From assembly GCA_019649675.1 (NCBI GenBank), contig BOWN01000001.1:354868-418867 (forward strand): a stretch of DNA of 64,000 nt, written 5' to 3'. Both the position numbers and the translations under genes were made by a program. The stretch's first letter is position 1. The number at the start of each line of letters is the position of its first letter. The notes under the pieces were generated by a model. The model did not search any database. It was given only the letters and a program-made list of their open reading frames with translations, and was not told the DNA's origin. Shown here piece after piece: positions 19,372 through 29,534 of this stretch. This DNA comes from Cryomorphaceae bacterium. GTDB taxonomy: Bacteria; Bacteroidota; Bacteroidia; Flavobacteriales; UBA7430.

Positions 19372-22300
19372 TTACCTAACAAATTGTTCTACAGAACCAT
19401 CATCGTATACGTTGAATAGAACTGTTCCTTTGAATGGCTCATCATCCAAGTTTACTTCTTGTCCTAATACGTTGATTACTTTTACCAATACTCGCTCTGT
19501 AGTATTTAGCTCTGTAATCGTATTATTAGTTTCAATAGTAGAAGCTACGCTAATACCATTTACTTGGTAAGAAGAAGAACCTTCAATCCATTTAGAAACT
19601 GTAAAGTCACTAACTTCATTTGTGTTCCATACTTTGAATGATACTGATTCTGAAACAACCATACCATCTTTAGATGTTGTTGTTGCATCATCACCCCATA
19701 CTGTAACAACTGTTACAGGACTAGAGTAGATTGCAGACCCAACCATGTTACCATCCTTATCAAACGCTGCAATCTCAGCTCCTTCTGTTGGAAGAATGTC
19801 CCAAGCAGCATCTTCAATAACAACAGTCATGTTGTTATCTGTAGGAGCTACTTTAGAATAGTGAGATACATTGTTTTCTGTAACTTCAGTAGAAGACATT
19901 CTGTAAGAATCTCATTAGATAAGTACTGAAGTACATCTACATTGTTAGTTTTCAATTGGTAACCTTGACCAGGGAACATATCACCGATACCGTTAAAGTT
20001 CCATTCTGGAAGATAAGCAGCACCATTGTAATCCTTAGCAATAACTAAGTTACCTGTAGCATTGATATCACCTAATACAGCATCTGCTGCAGCTGGTTCA
20101 GTACGTAAGTAACCAACCATATTCCAACCTGCGGTAAGATCTACAGGGTTCTCTTCTGGGAATGCATAAGCACCAGAAACTTCTAATTCAACAGCCTCAG
20201 TAGTCTTGATTTGGTAACCTTGACCTACAAGTAAATCACCAACACCGTTGAAATTCCATTCAACTAAGTAAGCAGCACCAGAATTATTCTTAGCAATGAT
20301 TACATTGTCAATGATTGGAGAAAGTACAGATGCCATATCCATATCGTCAGCAATCATATAAGTAGAGAACATAGACCAACCTGAAGGCAATTCTAACATT
20401 TGAGATGAAGGACCAGCTGGTACTTCAGAAATACTCGCCACAAATGTCAATCCATTTGTAGTGAACACATCAGGACCATTAGAATATGTTGCTTCACCAG
20501 CAAATACATTACCGTTACAGTCAGCAATTAACCATACTAATGCTTCACCAGCAACAAGACCGTCTACTTCATCAGTAGTAGTATCATCACCCATAGCAGC
20601 GATCTGTACAGTTTCGTTTGGTGTAATTTCTGCACTACCTGCACATACTAAATCACCATTATCATTAGTATAGAATACACCAACATTTGCGTGTTCTAGT
20701 ACAGTACCTTCAGCCATTTGTGGAAGAACTCCCGCAGGTATCATAATAGTGTGATTAGAACCTGTTACAGTAACTGCCCAATCTGCAGGAGCTGGACAAG
20801 TTGGACCAACATCACCACCACAAGTAGCATCGAAGACAACAGTTCCTGTATCACCCGAAGGAAGATCTCCAGAAGCTATCGAGTCACAAGCTGCAACAAC
20901 TGCAAAAGAACCACCGTTCCATCCATCACCATAGGAGTCCATCATAACCATTGTATATGAAGCACCTTCAACTAAACAAACATCAGTAGAATAAACTAAA
21001 TCATTAGCGTATCCAGAGCCTGAAGCAACTGATATACCTGATTCATCTAAAGATCCCATGACATTTCAGATGCATATAATGCTGTAGATATATTAACAGT
21101 TGCATCGAAACCATTACAAGGATAAGTACATGACCCATCATCTGCTGTGGCAACAGCATCGTAATTTAATGCTGACTCATCCGTACAACCAAAGATGTCT
21201 CCACAAACTGCCATAAACTCTTCTGACATAGTTGACACATCAGTCATTGGAACAAATCCAGTTAGAGATTCTTGACAAAGGAAGATTTCATATCCACCAT
21301 TGAATATACCATCACCCCAAGTATCAGTTAATACAAATTCTATATCTGAACCATTATCAACACAATAAGTAGTAGTAACAGTAGTGATTTGATCACTTGA
21401 AGTCAAGTTAACACTAGCAGCTAATAGTCCATCTACATATAAAGCAAATGAATTTTCAGAACCTGAGTAAGTATCTGTAGTTACTAGGATATCAACTTGA
21501 GCTTGCCCATCATCACATGAATAATAACATGAGCCATTTCTGCGTTTGCAGAAGGATCAAGTTATCTGCACCAGGATCAGTACAACCATAAACAGTTGTA
21601 AAGCAGCTACCATCATCATGGGTTTTGCATTAGGGTCATAGTTATCTGCACCTGGGTCAGTACAGCCAAAGACTGCAAACTCACATTCACTATTAAGGTT
21701 AAAGTCAGCAATAGCTTCAGAACCCGAATCAATAGTAGCATCAAGGATAACTTCGCCATTTGAAGTTAAAACAGCTGAAGCACCATTCCATCCATCACCA
21801 TATGAATCGAACATTTGTAATGTATAACAACCATCTTCAAGACATAAATCATATGTTCCAGCAATACCTGAGTTCTCACCGAGAGTCCATGAAATTTCAC
21901 CATCCCAAGTTCCACCACAACTTCTAAGGTAAGAGGATTACAAGTTCCAAGGAATGTTGCACATGAACCATCATCAACCTGCGCATCTGGTTAAATTCTG
22001 CATAATTAGAATCTGTACATCCCATTACACAGATCCCATCATATCTGGAATACTACCAGCACCACCTTCGAATACAATTTCGCCTGATGGATTCATAAGT
22101 GAGAACGATGTTTCATACTCGAATGAACCTGAATTCCAACCAAACATGATACAAGACTCAAGATCTACATCTACACAAACTGTTGCAGACACACCATCAT
22201 CATTAACACCATCAAGTGTATAAGCTGTTCCATTGATAATTAGCTCATTACCATTCCATGAATCACCAAATGAATCATTCATAGTTAAAGTAAATCCAGA

Positions 22301-25300
22301 TTCACAAGGGTATTCACATGAACCATCATCATCAGTAGCCATTTCATCGAAATTCAATGCAGTTGAATCGGCACAACCAAAAACTTGAGAAATTGTCAAA
22401 GTAATAGCATTTGCACCATTAAAGTAAGAAGACTCTTGCGTACTGTAAGGTAGTTGTCTGGAGACACCCACCAATATAACGTGAACTCATCTCCTGCACC
22501 ATAACCTGAATCTAAGTAAAGATCTTCTAAAGCACCTGTATCAGTCCAATTCAGTGAGTCAGTTGCTGCACTAGGGAAAAATTGTCATAGAGCCTTCTAA
22601 GTCATTACTATCTGTTGAGAAGTAAATATAGTAGAATCCTTCCACCAACTAATGAAGATGGGTATAATGGCTCCCACGTGAATGTTAGAGGATTAAGAGA
22701 ATCTATTTCAGACAATGCAATAACAGACCCAGAGGCTGGCTCTAGCATTGAAGGAACATAATACTCACACAATCCATCATCATGAGTTGCAGCTGAATCA
22801 TAATTTAATGCATTTTCATCAATACATCCAGGTACTATATCATCACACGAAGTAAGTGTAAATGGATAGTCTTCACCTGATCCAGCTGGCATTCCACTAG
22901 CTTGGCTTACACCACCTTCGATAGCATTAGGGCAAGAAGTGATAGCAAAAGTACCACCATTCCATCCATCACCCCATGAATCTTGAGTAGAGAAAATAAA
23001 TTCTTCACCAATAGGTAAACAAATCTGGTGTTCATATGAAGTATTATTTGTTAATGGACCATCTAATACATCAGATAACAATTGAGTACTATCAGAATCA
23101 ATAAGTTGCCATGTAACCTCACCAGCATATAAACCAGTAGTAACATTTACAGTTTACATATTCACCATCACATCCATAAACACATTCTTCGGGTTATTAG
23201 TGTTATCAAACATCGAATTTAATGCAGTTTCATCAGTACATCCGTATAAAAAATGGAACACAGTTTCCTCTGTTACATTAGCGTCAGGGTTATAGTTAAA
23301 CGCTTTCATCCTACATCCAGGAATTTAACCCATCACATGGAACTAATGAAACTTAGATGACTCTAAATAATAGTCACCGGCAACAACAGTTGAATCGTTT
23401 GCAGGGGGAAGCTCCACCATTGTTTGCAACTACATATGAGAATGCAAGAGAATCTTCTCCACAAGTGGTTGAGATTGAATAAGTAGAACCATTCCATCCG
23501 TCACCAAATGAATCATAAGCATTCATAGTGTAGCTATGACCTTGATCTAAACATAAAGGTACATCAACTACATCACCAGTAGAATAGCCTGTACCAGATT
23601 CTAAAATAAGACCAGTCGAATCAATAAGTTCCCAATATAGTTCAGAACCATAGGTGTTTGCATCGATAGTCATGATAGCAGAGGTTGCTTCACAAGGATA
23701 TAAACACTCTTCACCTTCTACATTTGCATCTGCATTGTAGTTATCTGCATATTCATCCATACATCCGGCAACAACATCAGCTGAATTAACGGTTAAATCA
23801 AATTGTAAGCCATTGCAAAGAGAGACGTTTGATTAACATTAGTAATATGTCCGCTTCTACAGAACTCAAAAGCAAGAGCTGTATCTCCACAGCTTGCATA
23901 AATATTTACCTCAGCAGAGAGAAGTGTAACTACCTACAATAGATACAGTAACATATTGAGGGTATCAAATGATACTGAATACCATCATTATCAAAGTAAT
24001 ATCCAGTTGCGGTTGAATCCATAGCAATAGCCTCTTCACAAGTTTCAGAAGAAGGATATTCACAAGAACCGTCATTTGCTACTGCTAATTCGTTGTAATT
24101 AGTTGCCATCATATCTGTACAACCTAATAATTGTGAACAATCATCGTCAGTTGATAAACCAAATGTTGAAGCAGTGTTGTCACCACCACCATTTGCAACA
24201 GAGACACCATTATATTCAGTTGAAACTGACCATGAAGTCTCTGAAATATATGAACCGCCATCAACCGAAATTGCATAACAGCCAGCAGGAACACAAAGAA
24301 CATCAGCTCCTGACTCAGACTTTCACATTGAGCAAAGGATTTTGATCTTCACTGTAATCTGGACAATCAGCATTGGTTAACCCCCCAGTAGCAACAACTT
24401 CTCCGGAAGCATTCACTAAAGTGTATAAGTTACCATTCCATCCATCACCATATGAGTCTTCCATTGAGATGAAAACCTTCTAAACCTTCATCACAAGAAA
24501 TTCCCTGTGATACATGAACCATCATCAACATTTGCAGTTTCATCGTAATTTGATGCTGTGCTATCCATACACCCTGCTACTATTAATGTAAGACATGAAC
24601 CATCACCCGTCATTAGCATTTTCGTCATATTCCAAATAATCTGCTGATGACAACCAGGATATAAACATGATGCATCATCTGAATTAGCATCAGGATTAAA
24701 GTTTGAAGCTAGAGAATCTGTACAACCAAAAATGTTGTACCCAATCTTGGATAGAAAAAATCAATAGATGCCTCGCCCAGTTTCAAGTCCTCCTGAAACT
24801 GCAACTAATGAACCATCACATGTAGTGACAGAGAGCTACCACCGTTCCATCCGTCTCCGTATGAATCTGATAAGTTTGCGGTGTAAGCATTAGCATCAGA
24901 CAAACATAAATCAATTGTTTTATTCAGTATCATTAGATAATGAAGTACCTTCATCTGGTAATGATGCTAAGACTTGGTTTTTTAAATCAGTAATTGTGAA
25001 GCTAATTTCACTTCCCATGAAAACAGTTGTTAGGGTAAGCTGAGCTGCTGTTTGAAAGACATTTACGAACTGACATGAACCATCTTTTTGAGTTGCAGCA
25101 GGATTGAAGTAATCGCTGAAGCATCTGTACAACCTAAAACATACTCACACGAGCCATCATCGTTGGTTGCAGAAGGATTATAATTTTCTGCTATCACATC
25201 TGTACAACCATAAATATATTCACAAGATCCATCATCTACAGGTAGCAACGTCACTGAAGTTTGCAGCACCAGAATCAGTACAACCTAAAATCACTACTTC

Positions 25301-27148
25301 AATAGAAATATTGTAATCTACATCCCCGATTTCAGGAACTGTTTGAACAACATTTAAAAAATATGTACCTGCCTGTAAAGAATCAGCAGAAGCAACCAGT
25401 ACCATCACAATCAGAATAAACTGTAGTTTCGATAAACTCAGGGAAATCTGTGACTGCAGATACATTTACATCCGCAGAACCAGCAGCAACCATTTCAAAT
25501 GAGAACCATGACATACCACCAGTATTAGAAGAATCAGATCCTAATAAAGAGGATGCGTATTGACAAGAGAATGGATATTCACATAAACTATCATCTACAA
25601 TATCTGCATTAGGATTAAAGTTAACTGCAGTAGAATCTGAACATCCAGATTCACAATTTCCAAAGAATCCATCTGCATCTGCACCTGATGCTAATTCTGC
25701 ACCTAATGCATCTGTAATTGACCAACTATTCTCGTAAGACCATGCATCTGTTGGTTCATAAATTACTGTGTTACACGCTGATAAATCAACACAAGCAGTA
25801 GTTGCAGAAGAAGAACCAGAGTTAGTAGCTGTTACACCACCTACTGTTACAGCTCCACCACCGTCTCCGTATGAATCGAACATGTTGATTGTCACTGCAT
25901 CACCTGATAAACAGTTCCCATCACAATCTAATCCTGAAGCAGGACTTCCACGACCCATCATCTGTTGTTGCATCTGCATTATAATTGCATGCTAAAGAAT
26001 CAGTGCAACCAGTAACACCAAAACACCGAATGATCCAGTTCCTGATCCGCCTGCACCTGAAAGTGTGTCAACTGACCAAGATGTTTCACCATCCCATGCA
26101 CCTGGTGTCCATGATACTGAATTACATGCTGCTAAATCAATACATGCTGTATTAGATGAACCTTCAAGCACAGTGAAATCCAACCATTAATTGTCAATAC
26201 CGCACCATTCCATCCATCTCCATATGAATCAGTCATTGTTAATAATTCACCAGATAAACAGTTACCACCCAGTCTAAGCCTTCAGCAGAAAAAATCATGA
26301 ACCATTATCTTGCTCTGCGCTGCACCCAGTTTCAATTCTCTTTACATCCTTGAATGGGGTATCACAAATGAATTATCTACTATATCACATTGCGTTATAA
26401 TTCTCACCCAATGAGTCTGCCAAAGCTACAATCCCCCAAATAACCATCTTCAGCTCCTCCTGAAGCTAAAATCGTACTATCTAAATCTGTAATGAACCAA
26501 CTATTTTCATAAGACCATGAATCTGTTGCTTCATAATCTACTGCATTACATGCTGTTAAATCTACACATGCTTCAGTGACTGAAGAAGAGCCAGAATTGG
26601 TAGCTGTTACGTCACCAACTGTTACTGTTCCACCACCATCACCTATGATCAACCATGTTGATAAAAACAACATCCCCCTCATGGAAAGGACCCTTACAGC
26701 TTGTTTTTTCATCACCAGAATCTTCAGAACCTCCAAGAACCTGCCTACATACCTGGGAATCCATTTTTCCCCAATATTTGCCTTTTTAATAAACCCATCG
26801 CACAATCAGGCTAAAAGCATTTCCTTTGCGCTGTTCCATCACATAAGGGATTACCACAAGTTTTTTTGATATCTACTCCTGTTGAACATGAACATCCCTG
26901 AACATCCCCCGAGTCACAAAAGGCCTGATCCCAAAGCTGGAAACCTTTTTTTAAAAAATTTACTAAAATCTTCATCAAAAAACCATCTGCACAATCAGCT
27001 GGCCAAAAAGCATTCCCAAAAGCGCTGTTCCTCACAAAATCCCCATGTTACAGGAGTTAATTACAACACCTGTCGAATCATCTTGTGCATTTACAGTAAG
27101 CGAAATCACACAAAATAATGAGAAAAGAAATAATGTAATTTTCTTCAT
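19372..27148 (-). pseudogene. giant (~2,590-codon) Cys-rich repeat surface/secreted protein with T9SS C-terminal sorting domain; heavily fragmented reading frame
   Basis: Signal peptide MKKITLFLFSLFCVISLTVNAQDD from ATG 27148. Fifteen minus-strand ORF fragments of at least 60 aa all share DS[YFW]GDGWNG modules and GCTDxxAxNYxxxAxxDDGSCxY knots. The C-terminus (19372..19899) ends ...VLVKVINVLGQEVNLDDEPFKGTVLFNVYDDGSVEQFVR, a typical T9SS type-A CTD. Terminator at 19330. Confidence 0.8.
20900..26810 (-). repeat. coding tandem array of DSxGDGWNG / ExSW modules separated by ~24-aa Cys knots (divergent at DNA level)
   Basis: The reverse-complement signature ccattccatccatcacc (GDGWNG) or close variants recurs near 20917, 21311, 21784, 22249, 22953, 23489, 24431, 24841, 25855, 26207 and 26629. 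DDGSC knots recur near 21126, 21521, 21600, 21957, 22320, 22765, 23165, 23690, 24040, 24503, 24590, 24660, 25063, 25140, 25215, 25590 and 25965. Confidence 0.75.
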
Positions 27149-27418
27149 AATTAAAAAATTTAGTTAATGTTACCCCATTATTTGCTGCAAATACAACACT
27201 CGGGGGAAAATGCTGATTGCAATAGATTTGAGGGCTGCAGAATACTTTAGCCCTTTTTTTAAAAGAGTTTAGTCCGTAAATATAACATAATTTATTCTTA
27301 ATTACGCTAAATGTGACAACAAATTTTATGTAATATTAGGTCAACTTAAAACATAATTTTATCAATCAAATATCCTGAAGTGAATTTTAATGTTTGTGTA
27401 TGTCTAATTAATTAAAGA

Positions 27419-27426
27419 TATATTTG
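27419..27426 (+). promoter_or_regulatory. Bacteroidota -7 box (TAnnTTTG) upstream of the PfkB kinase gene
   Basis: TATATTTG ends 18 nt before the ATG at 27444. Confidence 0.45.
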
Positions 27427-27443
27427 TAAAAAATTTATACACA

Positions 27444-28361
27444 ATGAGCTTACTTATAGTTGGTACAGTGGCATTCGATAAAATTGAGACACCACTAGGT
27501 AAAACAGAAAAAATACTTGGTGGAGCAGGGACTTACATAGGATTAGCTGCGTCATACTTTACCGAAAAAATAAATATTATTTCAGTAGTTGGAGATGACT
27601 TCCCAAATAAATACCACCAAATCTTTCATGACCACAAAATTAATACTGAGGGGATTCAGATTGTTAAAGGAGGTAAAACCTTCTTTTGGGAAGGTAAGTA
27701 TCATACTGATATGAACAGCCGAGATACACTAATAACTGAATTAAACGTGTTAGCTGAATTTGATCCAAAAATCCCTAAAAAATATCAGAATTGTGAATTC
27801 TTAATGCTTGGAAACTTAGAACCAAACATTCAAAGAAAAGTTCTCAGACAATTAAAAAAACGACCTAAAATTGTTGTCTTAGACACAATGAATTTCTGGA
27901 TGGATATTGCATGGGACGCCCTTATCGAAATAATTAGCATAATTGACATACTAACAATAAACGAGGAAGAAGCACGTCAAATGTCAGGAGAATACTCTTT
28001 GGCTAAAGCAGCACGTAAAATTTTGACTATGGGACCTAAATATCTAATTATTAAAAAAGGTGAGCATGGCGCCCTTCTTTTTGACAAAGAAAAAAACTCA
28101 TTCTTTTCACCAGCTCTTCCTTTGGAAGAAGTATTTGATCCAACAGGAGCCGGTGACACATTCGCGGGTGGGTTTATTGGATATCTTGCAAAAACTAAAG
28201 ATCTCTCATTTGAAAATATGAAACGTGCCATTATCTATGGTTCGGCTTTGGCATCTCTTACTGTTGAAAAGTTTGGAACAGAAAACATCACATATCTTCA
28301 TTCATCTGAATTAAATGAAAGAATAAAAACATTTAAAGATTTAGTTGAAGTAGACATTTAA
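27444..28361 (+). CDS. PfkB-family carbohydrate/nucleoside kinase
   Basis: 305 aa, intact. GGAGTY near the N-terminus and the C-terminal DPTGAGDTFAGGFIGYL signature of the ribokinase/PfkB family. Confidence 0.85.
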   Translation: MSLLIVGTVAFDKIETPLGKTEKILGGAGTYIGLAASYFTEKINIISVVGDDFPNKYHQIFHDHKINTEGIQIVKGGKTFFWEGKYHTDMNSRDTLITELNVLAEFDPKIPKKYQNCEFLMLGNLEPNIQRKVLRQLKKRPKIVVLDTMNFWMDIAWDALIEIISIIDILTINEEEARQMSGEYSLAKAARKILTMGPKYLIIKKGEHGALLFDKEKNSFFSPALPLEEVFDPTGAGDTFAGGFIGYLAKTKDLSFENMKRAIIYGSALASLTVEKFGTENITYLHSSELNERIKTFKDLVEVDI

Positions 28362-28438
28362 CAAATATAATTTAGTAGAGAATAATCTATATAATCAACA
28401 CAATCTAAATACTATACATTCAAGTTAAATTAACTGAT

Positions 28439-28960
28439 ATGAAAAGTAAATCGTTCAATAATAAAGTGAAAAAAATAATTTACTTTCATATATATTCTTT
28501 TGTACTTTTTATTGGTAACCAAAGTATAATTCAAGCCCAAGACAAAATATATCTCAAAGATGGAACAACGGTTTCAGGTAAAATTAGCGAAATACAGGAC
28601 TTCATTTTGTATGCTGAAGTTGATGATGACCCATTTTTAGCAACTTTTTTTGCCGACGATGTTTCACATTTAGATATTAACCCCAATAATAGCCTTATAA
28701 TCAGAGAACTAAAACAAGGTGTAAAAGAAGCTATGTTGTTTTCAAACCCCATAGAAGATAATCAACTATATGGCTTTTATTTTGGTATGCCATACGACTC
28801 TGTTTATACAAGATCTAAAGTTTTATATCAAAAAGATAGTTTAGGTAATCCTGTTTTGGTTCCTTACGACCCAATGAATACAACTTTTTCTGAGCGCTTG
28901 AAAAGCGTCAGAAAAAGTTTAACTGGTAACACATTATCGCGGTTAATAGGAGCTCTATGA
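28439..28960 (+). CDS. hypothetical secreted protein
   Basis: 173 aa ORF with an N-terminal hydrophobic signal-like segment (IIYFHIYSFVLFIGNQSIIQAQD). No family recognised. Confidence 0.4.
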   Translation: MKSKSFNNKVKKIIYFHIYSFVLFIGNQSIIQAQDKIYLKDGTTVSGKISEIQDFILYAEVDDDPFLATFFADDVSHLDINPNNSLIIRELKQGVKEAMLFSNPIEDNQLYGFYFGMPYDSVYTRSKVLYQKDSLGNPVLVPYDPMNTTFSERLKSVRKSLTGNTLSRLIGAL

Positions 28961-28963
28961 GAG

Positions 28964-29467
28964 CTACTCTAACTTAATTAAGATCTGATTTTTTTGAACT
29001 GTGTCAGCCTTTTCAACTTCAATAGATTTCACAAAACAGTCAACTGGAGTTCTTATAATATTTTCCATCTTCATTGCTTCCAAAATAATTAACCCATCCC
29101 CTTTTTTAACCGAATCTCCGGGCTTAACCATTACATCTATCACTAAGCCTGGCATAGGTGCTTTAATATCATTTAGTTTTTGACTGTTAATATTATTCAT
29201 ACCCAATTGATTAAGAAGTAAATCAAAACTATCTTCTACACTTACTACATAACTATTGTTATTGACCTGAATAACGCATGTTTTATCTTGATAATCAAAA
29301 CTAACTATACTAACCTTGTATGATCCATATTTGTGTATCAAATGATGAAAGTTACCTTTTTTCGCAATGTTCATTTTAAAAGCCTCCCCATTTACGATTC
29401 CTTCTAATAATTTTTCATCTGAAAATTCAAACTCAAAGGTCTGATCTCCTACTTTTGCTTTAAACAT
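28964..29467 (-). CDS. biotin carboxyl carrier-type protein (biotin/lipoyl attachment domain)
   Basis: 167 aa. The C-terminal domain has the biotinylation motif EAMKMEN. No carboxylase partner is adjacent. Confidence 0.8.
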   Translation of the reverse strand: MFKAKVGDQTFEFEFSDEKLLEGIVNGEAFKMNIAKKGNFHHLIHKYGSYKVSIVSFDYQDKTCVIQVNNNSYVVSVEDSFDLLLNQLGMNNINSQKLNDIKAPMPGLVIDVMVKPGDSVKKGDGLIILEAMKMENIIRTPVDCFVKSIEVEKADTVQKNQILIKLE

Positions 29468-29534
29468 ATTTTGTCAACTTTTATTCTATGTGCTAAAGAT
29501 AATCTATTTTAGCTCACACATTCAAATAATAAAG

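Noticed and set aside
24103-24345. Plus-strand 80-aa ORF with a His/Gln-rich run (CCHHHHLQQRHH), plus other plus-strand ORFs inside 19.4-27.1 kb (20461..20673, 20718..20960, 21954..22223, 25768..25995, 26576..26869, 26882..27118)
   Set aside because: All lie antisense to the giant minus-strand gene. Their odd compositions are what reverse-reading of GDG/DDG/TT-rich codons produces. None has family similarity or a plausible start context.
20900-26810. Periodic repeat structure considered as a possible CRISPR array or non-coding tandem repeat
   Set aside because: The units are ~90-110 codons, divergent at the DNA level, and clearly protein-coding with conserved amino-acid motifs. There are no short identical direct repeats with unique spacers and no cas genes in the window.
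28964-29467. Stand-alone biotin carrier protein without adjacent carboxylase or decarboxylase subunits, considered as part of a novel system with the flanking hypothetical and ICMT-like genes
   Set aside because: The three genes are on different strands in convergent and divergent arrangements, with no coupling. Partner subunits are commonly encoded elsewhere in the genome.
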